Positions 12,763 to 25,235 of a DNA stretch of 64,000 nucleotides are shown here, piece by piece. The DNA is taken from assembly GCF_006345805.1 (NCBI RefSeq), contig NW_021833575.1, positions 1-64,000 of the forward strand, read 5' to 3'. This stretch comes from Octopus sinensis. Lineage: Eukaryota. Positions within the stretch are counted from its first letter, which is position 1; the number at the start of each line of letters is the position of its first letter. Position numbers and translations under genes: made by a program. The notes under the pieces are model-generated. The model searched no databases. It was not told the DNA's origin and saw only the letters and a program-made list of their open reading frames with translations.

Positions 12763-12770
<8 letters not shown>
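12600..12770 (-). mobile_element. Fragment homologous to the extension beyond the PLE pseudo-LTR (57520-57645)
   Basis: Shares ..TTTTGCTACCCAGGTATCGGTTA.. and flanking similarity; lies between (TA)n tracts. Confidence 0.65.
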
Positions 12771-12808
<38 letters not shown>

Positions 12809-12817
12809 ATCTTATAC

Positions 12818-13117
12818 TTCAGGTGATTCGTTATAGGTAGAAGAATATATCATAAACAAGTATTTAAAAAATGGAGAGAAGATGTTGAAACAGAAATAGA
12901 TTTATTAAAACCTGGATTCAATTCATACGTACATTTGGAAAAATAATGCAAAAATTTAAGAAATATTTTAACAAAAATTTTAATTTCTTACATTGTTTTT
13001 CGAAACGAACGTATGAATTGAATCCAGTTTTATAATAAATCTATTTCTGTTTCAACATCTCTCTATCATTTCTACTTGTTTATGGTATATTCTTCTACCT
13101 ACAACGAATCTCCTCAA
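12818..13117. mobile_element. Foldback element (~130-bp inverted arms)
   Basis: AGGTGATTCGTTATAGGTAGAAGAATAT..GGATTCAATTCATACGT pairs with ACGTATGAATTGAATCC..ATATTCTTCTACCTACAACGAATCTCCT; follows (TA)n. Confidence 0.85.
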
Positions 13118-13258
13118 AAATTATTTTCATATTCTTATCGCCTGTTTTGGCTGTTCTTCATGAATATGATGAATCCTTATTAGAAATCACCTTTTGGGAT
13201 CACCCAAAAAGTTTCAATTGTTCTTTGAACTTACCTTTTCCACGCACATAAACACACA

Positions 13259-13296
<38 letters not shown>

Positions 13297-13378
13297 ATAC
13301 ATATATATAGATATATATATATTATATATATATTTAATACTACATAATATACATACATATATACATACATACAGACAC

Positions 13379-13426
<48 letters not shown>

Positions 13427-13633
13427 CATATATACATACATATATACATACATACAGACACACACACATATATATATATACACATACATATATACATATG
13501 CATGTATATATATACACACAACACACACATATATAGATACTATGCACACAAATATATATACATATATATGTACTTATATATGTATACATATATATATATT
13601 AAATGATTGATATGTAATGCATATATAATATAA

Positions 13634-13669
<36 letters not shown>

Positions 13670-14407
13670 AATATTAAATTTCTAAATATCTCATAGAGAT
13701 ATGTACGGTGGTGGGGCGATAGAATGGTTGTATAGTGGTGGGGCGGTGGAGGGGGGGGATAGATTGACAGTATACAACCATTCTATATATATTAGTTCTT
13801 ATTATTGAATTATATATATATAATATATATATATTATATATATAATATATAATATATTTAGCTCTTGAATTAATTTAATATACATATATATATATTTCTT
13901 ATTATTAATCTATATTATATATTTAAATATATACACCATGTATACATGCATATATATATGTATATAGAATGAATATAGTATATATATGGGTATGTGTGTG
14001 TATGTGTGTATGCATGTATGTATATATATATATAATTTGTAATATAATAGTCCCAAATATTAGCACATGGCCACCACTTTTGAGAGGAAGCGGGTAAGTC
14101 GAATACACAGTATCCAGTCTTCCAGTAGTACGTGTTAAATTGACTTTGAAATGATGAATGGCAAATTTGATTTCGTAGCGAATGTGGACTCAGAACAAAT
14201 GTACGTTATGTCGGAAGAAATGTTTCGCAGTATTTTGTCCGAAGTCCTAACGATTCTGTCAGCTCGCCGCCTTAATACACATATTAGATAGGCGTGGCAT
14301 GCTTCTCAATATGGTTTCGTGTTCAGTCCCACTGTGCGGTACCTTGGACTCCGGGGCGACTAAAGCCCTGTGAGTGGATTTGGTAGAAGGAAACTGAAAG
14401 AATACCA

Positions 14408-14823
14408 ATTTCTTTACTGCCCACAAGGGGCTAAACACAGAGGGTACAAACAAGGACAGACAAACGAAATAAATCGATTACATCGACCCCAGTGCGTAAC
14501 TGGTACTTAATTTATCGACCCCGAAAGGATGAAAGGCAAAGTCGACCTCGGCGGAATTTGAACTCAGAACGTAATGGCAGACGAAATACCAATTTCTTTA
14601 CTGCCCACAAGGGGCTAAACACAGAGGGTACAAACAAGGACAGACAGACGGATTAAGTTGATTATATTGACCCCAGTGCGTAACTGGTACTTAATTTATC
14701 GACCCCGAAAGGATGAAAGGCAAAGTCGACCTTGGCGGAATTTGAACTCAGTACGTAATGGCAGACGAAATACTGCTAAGCATTTCACCAGACGTGCTAA
14801 CGATTCTGTCAACTCGTCGCCTT
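14408..14823 (-). mobile_element. SINE family B dimer inserted in a family A copy
   Basis: Two head-to-tail B units; AAGAATACC direct repeat at 14399-14407 and 14824-14832. Confidence 0.85.
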
Positions 14824-15119
14824 AAGAATACCGTCGGGTTCAGTCCCACTGCATGGCACCTTGGGTAAGTGTTTTCTACTATAGTCTCGGGCCGACTAAA
14901 GTGTTGTGAGTGAATATGTTAGATGGAAACTGAAAGAGACCCGTTGTATGTATGTATATGTATATATGTGTCTATGTGTGATTTTCATTGTGTCTGCGTT
15001 TGTCACCCCACCCTCACCGATTGTCAACCGGTGTTGCTGTGTTTGCGTCCACGTAAATTAGCGGTTCGACCAAAAAACAGCGATAGAATAAGTACCAAGC
15101 ATTAAAAAAGTAATTACGT

Positions 15120-15521
15120 CGGAGTGGCTGTGTGGTAAGTAGCTTGCTTACGAACCACATGGTTCTGGGTTCAGTCCCACTGCGTGGCACCTTGGGCAAG
15201 TGTCTTTTACTATAGCCTCGGGCCGACCAAAGCCTTGTGAGTGGATTTGGTAGACGGAAACTGAAAGAAGCCCGTCGTATATATGTATATATATGTATGT
15301 GTATGTTTGTGTTTGTGTGTCTGTGTTCGTCCCCCCAACATCGCTTGACAACCGATGCTGGTGTGTTTACGTCCCCGTAACTTTGCGGTTCGGCAAAAGA
15401 GACCAATAGAATAAGTACTAGGCTTACAAAGAATAAGTCCTGGGGGATCGATTTGCTCGACTAAAGGCGGTGCTCCAGCATGGCCACAGTCAAATGACTG
15501 AAAGAAAATAAAAGAATAAAA
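15120..15521 (+). mobile_element. SINE family A, full copy
   Basis: Canonical family A blocks. Confidence 0.9.
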
Positions 15522-15874
15522 GAAAGAAAACTGGACTGGATTCATTCGACTAAAAATTCATGGCGGTGCCCCAGTGTGGCCGCAGTCTAATGACTGAAAC
15601 AAGGTGCCACGCAGTGGTACTGACCACGGAACCACGCAGTTGGGAAGCTAGGTTCTTATCGTCCGAGTAGAACAGGAATCAAAGAGGACCTTAGGCAAAA
15701 AAATGGTTGAGTACCACTTCAGTAGACCATATGCTTGCCCTTATATAGATGCTTTTAAATATGGCAGTATTTAAATAATGAGGGAGATAAATTGAATATT
15801 AATTTAATTAATATCAATTTAAAACCAGTAGCCTAGCATACAAAAATCTGAAAAATCAGAGAAAATTCTTATAC

Positions 15875-15993
15875 ATGTGTATATTTAAAGAGCTAAAAAA
15901 CCACTAAGTGGTCAGCCGTATGCTATCGTTGGTGATTTACTTCTAGCATACGGCTGACCACTTAGTGGTTTTTAGCCCTTTAAATATACACAT
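15875..15993. repeat. Near-perfect hairpin (~50-bp arms, 18-nt loop)
   Basis: ATGTGTATATTTAAAGAGCTAAAAAACCACTAAGTGGTCAGCCGTATGCTA / TAGCATACGGCTGACCACTTAGTGGTTTTTAGCCCTTTAAATATACACAT. Confidence 0.9.
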
Positions 15994-16054
15994 ATATCCT
16001 TAAAATCCTTTAAAATGTTTTAGCCCGAAGGCCGCGGCTATGCTGAAAAATTTA

Positions 16055-16098
16055 AGGTATCACCGAGATTTGAACTCGGATCGCTGGATTCAAAGTCC
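16055..16098 (-). pseudogene. 3' half of tRNA-Gln(TTG) (pseudogene or truncated SINE head)
   Basis: Minus strand GGACTTTGAATCCAGCGATCCGAGTTCAAATCTCGGTGATACCT matches the anticodon arm, T arm and acceptor strand of metazoan tRNA-Gln-TTG as I recall it; D arm absent. Confidence 0.8.
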
Positions 16099-16553
16099 GC
16101 CGTATTTATATATGTACGTGCTTATGCGTATATACACAAATGAATATCAGTGTATATTCGTTGAGTGTGTTCATGTACACGTATGCGCATGTATGTGCGA
16201 GTATGTATATGTGTGTAGGAAGGGTGTAAGTGTATGCAAAGAAGGGAAAGCGAAAGAGACTCTCAGACGACGTTATGTTAGTAAATATCGGTTAAAGAAA
16301 CCGCGTGGAATTAGTGAGATACAGAACTGATAGCGGAGCCTAATATAGTGTTGTTGCTGCTGTTGTTGTTGTTGTTGTCGTCGTGGTTATTGCTGATTTG
16401 CAGCAGTGGTTAGGCTGATAACGATAACAAGAGCATGTGCTTGTGCGTGTGTGTGTGTGTGTGTGTGTTTGCGATAAACCACTGCAGACCAGAAGTCAGT
16501 AGATTCGTGTACTCTGTACATTGAGCAGGGTACGGGAATTATACGCGCGCGCG

Positions 16554-16593
<40 letters not shown>

Positions 16594-16682
16594 TACACAT
16601 GCACGCAAACACATACTCATACACGCGCGCGTAATACCCAGACGCAGCAACACACGCCAGATATACAAAAATACGCACACAA

Positions 16683-16713
<31 letters not shown>

Positions 16714-17315
16714 GTATATATATATATATATACATACATAATACATAACATATATACCACACACGTATTTATGAAGGTTATATATATATATAAGTTTATA
16801 TATATATATATCCTATATATGCCATTTATATATACCTATATAATATATGTATGTATGCATGTATTTATGCATTTATATCGCTAAGTTAGAGAGAAAGTAG
16901 ATTGTGTACGATAGTTTACATGTGTGAGTGAATGTGTGTGTGTAGGTGCGTGTGTGTATGTGTATATCTATACGTATATATGGCTACGTATATATATGTA
17001 TATGTATATATGTACATATATAAACGCATAGGAATTTATACGTATATATCTCCATATACATACATATATGTGTGTGTAAGTGTATCAATAGATAGAGGTA
17101 GGCAAATTACACGACCGCATGCACATACATACGCGGGCGCACACAGATACACGCACAAAGACACACAAATACACTCAAACACATACACAACTGCACACAC
17201 CCATGTATACAGGCACACATAATAATATTTGTCTTCACTTAGTGATAGACAACTTCATGACTGTTTTATATAACAGCTGACACACACTATTGATTACGGT
17301 AGGCGACAGGGGACA

Positions 17316-17362
17316 ACCTCTCTGAGGATCGGTCAGCAAGCAATGAAACGATCCGTCAGGAG
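17316..17362 (+). ncRNA. Type I hammerhead-like motif (stem II degenerate)
   Basis: cctct-CTGAGGA-tcggtcagcaagcaat-GAAAC-gatcc-GTC-aggag. Confidence 0.45.
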
Positions 17363-17418
17363 ACTGCCTCCTGTTTTGTTTGCATATCAACACAATAGAA
17401 TGTGACCAAAGCTTTGCA

Positions 17419-17449
<31 letters not shown>

Positions 17450-17663
17450 AGACCTCCACGACGGTGGAGTTACGATTTCAGGAGGATGATTGGGATCACG
17501 TGGATGAGAAAGGCGTGATCCAGAGAGGAGCGGACAGTGTGCTGTGACCAGCGGTGTCAAATGGACGCCTGACGGACTGGTCGGTCAAGGTGATCAAGGT
17601 GATATATAGTGAAATGTGTACTTATATATAAGAGAAAAAGTTGTACGTTGGCGGCCGACTATA

Positions 17664-17703
<40 letters not shown>

Positions 17704-17706
<3 letters not shown>

Positions 17707-17849
17707 CAAAATGGGACAAGAACGCAAACATCCCAATAGACGATACAAAAAACATGATCCGGTTCTTGACTGAAGATTAAAGGCTTCGAATGACCCTCCT
17801 GTTTTTTGTATCGTCTATTTGGATGTTTTCCGTCTTGTCCAGTTTGCAT
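17704..17849. mobile_element. Foldback form of repeat family C (~50-bp arms)
   Basis: 17704-17754 pairs with 17800-17849; loop contains CTGAAGA; (TA)n on both sides. Confidence 0.8.
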
Positions 17850-17938
17850 TTATATATTATATATATATAAATTCAGGGTGAGTACTTGATAATTGTAAGC
17901 ACCTGTATATACCGTTTGGTGGTGTAGGTGTTGAGTAA

Positions 17939-18429
17939 ATTAATCAAAATAAAAACATGATGCCAAGGATTCAGCGGTACATATGGTTCGGTCGGCCTTT
18001 ATTAGACGGATTTATAATAATGCATAATGTGTGTCTATGGCCTTCTTCAGCCGCGCACAACACTACCTCCAAGGACATGTATTACATCAAAAATTCTACG
18101 TTGGGGATGCAAATCCTCTCATTCGCGTACGAACATAATGCGGCACAGCACAAAAATGAAGCGTCCATCTCGTCCTTCTCTCATTCTACATTGAGAGAAG
18201 GACGAGATGAGCTTCATTTTTGTGCTGGTGCCGCATTATGTCGTACGCGAATGAGAGGATTTGCATCCCCACGTAGAATTTTTGATGTAATACATGTCCT
18301 TGAGGTAGTAGTTGTGCGCGGCTGAAGAAGGCCATAGACACACATTATGCATTATTATAAATCCGTCTAATAAAGGCCCGAAACATATGTCCCGCTGAAT
18401 CCTTGGCATCATGTTTTTTTTTGATTAAT
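17939..18429. mobile_element. ~490-bp palindrome (arms ~243 bp, 8-nt loop)
   Basis: Arms are reverse complements with a few small indels; centre CATCTCGTCCTTCTCTCA-ttctacat-TGAGAGAAGGACGAGATG; right end runs into (TA)n. Confidence 0.95.
18318..18395 (+). ncRNA. Type I hammerhead ribozyme
   Basis: gcgg-CTGAAGA-a-ggcc..tagac..gtcta..ggcc-c-GAAAC-atat-GTC-ccgc; complete core, 4-bp GC stem I, palindromic stem III ACAUAUGU. Confidence 0.75.
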
Positions 18430-19310
18430 ATATATATTATATATATATATATAATATATATATATTATATATAGGTTAGGCTAATAGCCTTCATGTTTCA
18501 AGCGCTGATAAAACTATAGGGTTATACGTTATACACAAGTACTCAACTACGGGTGCATTGCATCTTATACAGAAACAGGTGTAAGCTAATGAATATCATA
18601 ACATAAGTGTGTATTCCTTTATCATCTCAATCTCATTGTTTTATATAATATCTTATAACAACATATATATAATATAAGAACATGTGTGAATGTGCCTTCG
18701 CATGAGTGCGTGCGTGAAGGGTTGCGTGAGTGAAGGAGTGAGTGAATGTGTGAGTGGGTGAGTGAGTGAGTGAGTGAGTAAGTTACTGAGCGAGAGTGTA
18801 ATCGTGATTAGAATGTCCTTATGTTAAGAATTCATCTAAGAGAGCAAACAACATTTATCATTGGTGCTGTTGATTATGCTTGAAATTGTAGAATTCTTTG
18901 ATATTGGATACAAATTTTGGCATAAAACCAGAAATTGTTGAGTAAAGTGCAAATCGATCACATGGGCCCAGCTGTTCAACTAATATTTATTTTATCGACG
19001 CGAACGGTTAAAAGGTAAAGTCGACTTCGGCGGAGTTTGAACTCAGGACTTAAAGGCGGACAAAATACTGTTAAAACCAAAAATTATTTACATAAAAAAA
19101 GTGTTTTTTTTTCTATGAAAATCCCTATTTATTACGATTTTTTGACTGCTGTGTTGCCATTTTTTTGGTGTATTTCAACCAGAAAATGTTCACTTAAAGA
19201 GAATAACAAGCTACATAATGCAAAATTTTTTACTTTTCAAAGATTCCAATTCTAAAGGGTTGAAACAAACCCTAGCAACGCTGGGCGATACTGCTAGTAT
19301 ATACATATAC

Positions 19311-19370
<60 letters not shown>

Positions 19371-19485
19371 TTATGTATGTATGTATGTATGTATGTATGT
19401 ATGTATGTATGTATATATGTATGTATGTATGTATGTATGTGTATATATGTATACATATATACATACAGACCAGTATGTATATATA

Positions 19486-19527
<42 letters not shown>

Positions 19528-20126
19528 TATATATGGCAAGGATGGGGACGATGTGACAGATTTACCCATTTTGGGGGACAGAATCGTGCAATGAAATCAA
19601 TAGAACAGGAGAACAGGAAATCGGTGCTGAAGATGACAACTGCATGATGGGATTATGGGTAAATGGAAGGGACAAGCAGCGTGCTACACCGAGTAAAATA
19701 TAATTGACCATACCTTTGTGACTTCACTTGGCTCGATCCCGCTTCCAGGGCGGGGTGAAACTATGGAACGCTGACGAAATCATCGTGAGTGATTTCAGTT
19801 GACGACAGTTGAAGGCGGCCCCGATATGCTAGCTGCATGTAATATATACATGTATATGCATGTATGTAAATGTGTAAGTATATATATCTATATATATATA
19901 TATATATATAATATAATATATATATATATATATATATATAATTATATATAATACATATAAATATACAAGTATACATGTATGTATACCACACCACACCACA
20001 CATGCACACACACATATATATAAACATACATATAAAGTTAATCCAAACAAGAAAGCACAAAAAAACACAACAACGCGAGGACATGGAACAAATATAGTAT
20101 TATTGGACGCTCAGGAAAGAAGGAGG

Positions 20127-20161
20127 GCTTAACGTTTCGAGCAGAGCTCTTCGTCGGAAAC
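20127..20161 (-). ncRNA. Minimal hammerhead-like motif (U4>C)
   Basis: gttt-CCGACGA-a-GAGC tct GCTC-GAAAC-GTT-aagc. Confidence 0.5.
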
Positions 20162-20229
20162 ATAGGAGAAGGAAAGATCCAGAGAAGAGAAGACAGAGGG
20201 AAAAAAATCGCCAACGGTACACACGCGAT

Positions 20230-20283
<54 letters not shown>

Positions 20284-20444
20284 ACCCAACATATACACAC
20301 ATACACTCACGCACTCACCATGCATACAGACACACCTGTACATATGCCACCAGAAGGACTCATTTCACGTGAATTACATGTTTAAGAAACTGAATTGAAG
20401 TGGTAATTATATAAATACATACATACACACATACATACATACAG

Positions 20445-20600
20445 GTTGTACTAGGATATGCAACACACTGTTTTACTACCAATCTTGAGAAATTAGGCCT
20501 CTCAAAACCAGAAAAGAGAAAGATGCTTCGAAAATTACAGATCCAATCCATCACTGGAACTGTCAAAATCTGTAAAACTTTCCAGAAGTTTATCATTCAA
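20445..20600 (+). mobile_element. C-terminus of an RLE-type (restriction-like endonuclease) LINE
   Basis: LGYATHCFTTNLEKLGLSKPEKRKMLRKLQIQSITGTVKICKTFQKF resembles the GALG...L..LG......LQ...I.GT.KI.K ending of RLE-clade elements. Confidence 0.55.
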
Positions 20601-20793
20601 GAATATATGAAGATGTCTAGATATGCTACAATATGCTTGTTAGGACATAAAACAAAACATACAAGTCTGCAAATACATACATACATACATACATACATAC
20701 ATACATACATACATACATACATACATACATACATACATACATACATGCATGCATGCATACATACATACATACATACATACATACATACATACA

Positions 20794-20824
<31 letters not shown>

Positions 20825-20849
20825 GTACATACAAATATATATGAGTTCT

Positions 20850-21720
20850 CTATATTTAGTAGCCTTTCATAGTGGCACTTCCAAGCCTGCTTCTTTGCTG
20901 GGTTGCTAACTGCTAGTGACCCATCATCCATGCAAACACATTTCTCTCCAACCACATCACGATTTTCTCTGCAACCCGAAACACTTCAAGCCTCTGGTCC
21001 TCACGACGCAGAACGTTGGCAAACTTCCTCCTCTTCGCTTCTCCCCTGGCTTACTACACCCATTTCTTTACTACCCACAAGGGGCTAAACACAGAGGGGA
21101 CGAACAAGGACAGACAAAGGGATTAAGTCGATTACATCGACCCCAGTGAACTGGTACTTAGTTTATCGACCCCGAAAGGATGAAAAGCAAAATCGACCTC
21201 GGCGGAATTTGAACTCAGAACGTACGGCAGACGAAATACGGCTATGCATTTCGCCCGGCGTGCTAACGTTTCTGCCTTCTCGCCACCTTAATGGCTTACT
21301 ACACCTGTCCTCTAGCCTCCCTCCTAGCTACCTGATATAGTTCCCTGCTACCACCACTTTTCCAGGCCTGCTTCTTTGCTCGAACGGTCTTGTGTACTGC
21401 ATCGCTCCACAACTTCGTCAACCTAGGTCTGGTTGGAACTTCGCACCAACCGCAGATTTGGTCTGTAGCACTCAGCAAACTCTCCCGCAGGAATTCCCAG
21501 TTGCTCTCTACGTTACAAGTTCCTCCTTCTCATCGAATTTGTCAATTAGGATGTCCCTAAATCTCTGGCCATATATATGAAGGATCCTTAAGCTTCTAGA
21601 TCCTTCTTTTTCAGATGGGTCTGCTTCTAGGTAGCCTTTTGGCCTGAAGTCTAAAGTTACTGATGACTAGTCTGTGATGGGGGAGGGGGTACCTTCTTCA
21701 CCAGGGAAGGTCTATGCATT
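20850..21720 (-). mobile_element. RTE-clade LINE fragment (EN-RT linker), interrupted by a SINE
   Basis: NWEFLRESLLSATDQICGWCEVP..WSDAV..AKKQAWK and GEKCVCMDDGSLA..WKCHYERLLNIEN; decayed. Confidence 0.7.
21061..21291 (-). mobile_element. SINE family B with 14-bp TSD
   Basis: TGGCTTACTACACC at 21047-21060 and 21292-21305 flanks a full B unit. Confidence 0.92.
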
Positions 21721-21924
21721 TACGAGCGACCATGTATCTCGTTGTCTGGTGAGAATGAAATCAATCTGGCAAGCGTAGTCACTCGATGACAGGCTTCCTG
21801 CATTTGATGATATATATCTATATATAATATATATGTGTGCGCGCGTGTAACTATGTATGTTGACGCCACCACTTGACAAACGGTGGTGTTATACATTCGC
21901 GCGGGCAGACACCACACACACAGA

Positions 21925-21925
21925 C

Positions 21926-22023
<98 letters not shown>

Positions 22024-22025
22024 GG

Positions 22026-22085
<60 letters not shown>

Positions 22086-22135
22086 CAGACAGATATAGAT
22101 CGATAGATAGGTAGATAGATAGATAGATAAACAGA
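21925..22135. repeat. (GATA)n microsatellite
   Basis: Direct reading. Confidence 0.95.
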
Positions 22136-22849
22136 CAAGGAGTGAAACAGCGTGTGTGTGAAAGAGAGGGAGTAAATAGAAAATGAGAAGGAAAGAGAAA
22201 GAGTTTAAGGGAGAGAGAGTAAGAGCGAAAAAGAGAAAATGAGGGCGATTGTGAGTGACTGCATAAATGTGTGTCTCTTGTTTATTTCGAGTGTCCCAGT
22301 TGTTCACTGATGAGGAACTCTCACATCTATATTCATCGTGTCATAAACATAAATGTATAAGTGAAATATTCCTCTGACACCTGTACTCTTAACTATATTT
22401 TCAAACGGCCGTTGCGCGCGCATATATTCTGTTCCAGAGTGTGGCTGCGTTTCGTTTTGAGCGATCGTATGCTTGTGAGATATGGCTGACCTTTTCGAAT
22501 TACGGTCAACAGCGAACCGGGACGGCGGACATCCATCCAGTTTCCGTCTACCCTAGTTTTTATTATTTCATTTCATTTTATTCTATTTTATTTTGTTTTG
22601 TTTTTTTTCTTTTAGATCTGTCTTAAATCTTGTCATATCGCATCGAGTTGAGAATCAGCCATAGATAGAAAAATACGCGAAAATAAAAACAGAAAATACT
22701 TTCACTCTGGCTAATGCATGTACATAAAAACGTGGTCGATAAAGTCCTGTTGTTCGCAGTAAACACTTCATACCGGATACATGATATAGCATCCTGTTTA
22801 CTTAACAAATGGCTCACTGACACACGCGCGTTTTATATACACACATAAG

Positions 22850-23330
22850 GACAGGCATGATTGTGTGGTAAGAAGCTTGCTTCCCAACCACATGGTTTAA
22901 GGTTCAGTCCCACTGCCTGACACCTTGGGCAAGTGTCTTCTGCTATAGCATTAGGCCAACCAAAGCCTTGTGAGTGGATTTGGTAGACAGAAACTCAAAG
23001 AAGCCCATCGTATATATATTTATATATATGTGTGTGTGGTGTGTGTTGGAGTGTTTACCTCCCCGTAACCTAGCTGTTCGGCAAAAAGAGACCGATAGAA
23101 TAATACCAGACTTTAAAGGCATAAGTCCTATGGTAAAATTGTTGGACAAAAACCCTTGAGGGCGGTGTCCCAACATGCCTATTTCTTTACTACCTATAAG
23201 GGGCTAAACACAGAGAGGGCAAACAAGGACAGACAAACGGATTAAGTCGATTACATCAACCCCAGTGTGTAACTGGTACTTAATTTATCGACCCCGAAAT
23301 GATGAAAGGCAAAGTCGACCTCGGCGGAAT
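22850..23330. mobile_element. SINE A (+) joined to SINE B (-)
   Basis: Family A head at ~22850; family B unit at ~23180-23330. Confidence 0.8.
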
Positions 23331-23369
23331 ACCCGCAGTCATGTTACCAGTCTCCCTTCTCCATTTTGA

Positions 23370-23640
23370 ACCGGTTTTTGCAGCGAGAGAAACTGATTTA
23401 TGACTTGTTTAGTCACCATGGATGAAACTTGGCTCCACTGTTATGATCCCCGAACCAAGCAGCAGTCAACGGAGTGGCGCTACAGAGGTTCACCGTGTCT
23501 CAAGATGTTTCGGACCCAGAAGTCAGCTGGAGAGATACTGGCTTGAATATTCTAGGACAAGGACGAAGTACACCTCACAAAAGAGCAACCAAAGGGTCGC
23601 ACAGTCAACGCAGAATATTACATGTCGTTGTTGGACGAAC
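23370..23640 (+). mobile_element. Mariner transposase fragment
   Basis: LVTMDETWLHCYDPRTKQQSTEW..GSP....RTQKSAG..PKGRTVNAEYYMSLLDE (first catalytic D and YDPETK-like motif), with stops. Confidence 0.85.
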
Positions 23641-24709
23641 AACATGTGGCTTTGAAGCTGCTACTTATTCTATTGGTCTTTTTTTGTATGTTATGGAGAC
23701 GTAAGCACACCAACACCGGATGTCAAGTGGTAGTGTGGGACAGAGACACAAAGAGACATATATACAGATATATACATACATATATGTATATATGTATATA
23801 TACTCTTTACTCTTTTGCTTGTTTCAGTCATGTGACTGTGGCCATGCTGGAGCACCACCACCAGTCTCTCCCCGCCATTTTGAACCGGTTTGCGTCTTCT
23901 GTCTTTCATTTGTTATTTACCTAACGATCACTCTGAAAGTGACCGTGCTTTACCAGCAAGTTACCAGATGTAAACCATTCGTTTTATATATATGTATATA
24001 TATGTATGTATATATGTGTGTGTGTATGTATGTATGTATGTATGTATGTATGTATGTATGTATGTATGTATGTATGTATGTATGTATGTATGTATACGAC
24101 AGACATCTTTCAGTTTCTGTTTGTCAAATTAACACACGAGGTTCTGGTCGGCCCGAGGCTATAGAAGACACTTGCATAAAGTGCCACGCCGTGGAACTGA
24201 ACTCAGAACCGTATGGTTCGAAAGTAAGCTTCTTACCACACACTATTTTATTAAAGCCGTAAAAAACTTCACTAGCTGTTACCCTGAGTTTTACGTGACC
24301 GTTCACGAGACTTGAAGAAATTTCAGGACTTTGACATTTGAGGGGCTCTGACGAGTTTTAAGGGAAGCGAAACCAGTCGATCAATATTCTGTCTCTCTTT
24401 TTCTCTCTCACTTCTCTCTCTCTCCCTCTCTCCCTCCCTCCCTATCTCTCTCTCTCTCTCTCTCTCTACTGCTGCTAAAGGTGCAACAGAGAGAGAGAGA
24501 TTACATTAGATTACAACAGCGAGATGAAAACGAGACCAGAGTGCGGCTAAAACGTGATCCCGGTGACAAGTCACGTGTATATATATATATATGTTTACTA
24601 AAACATATCGCGCGTGATTTCTGCAATTCAAATTCATTCGCAATTTCATAATGAAGCTGCGCGACTACTTCTGATACAAACACACACGAGTACACACACA
24701 CACACTCAC

Positions 24710-25037
24710 CATGTACATACATACATGCATACATACATGCATGCATACATACATACATACATACATACATACATACATACATACATACATACATACATGC
24801 ATACATACATACATACATACATACATACAATACAATACATACATACATACATACATGCATACATACATACATACATGCATGCATGCATGCATACATACAT
24901 ACATACATACATACACTACAATACATACATACATACATACATACATACATACATACATACATACATACATACATGCATGCATACATACATACATGCATGC
25001 ATGCATGCATGCATACATACATACATACATACATACA

Positions 25038-25071
<34 letters not shown>

Positions 25072-25201
25072 CATGCATACATACATACATACATACATAC
25101 ATACATACATACATACATACATACATACATACATACATACATACATACATACATACATACATACATACATACATACATAGATACATACATACATACATAC
25201 A

Positions 25202-25235
<34 letters not shown>

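Noticed and set aside
19745-19800. CTGACGA followed by an AATCA/TGATT hairpin
   Set aside because: No GAAA after the stem; incomplete core.
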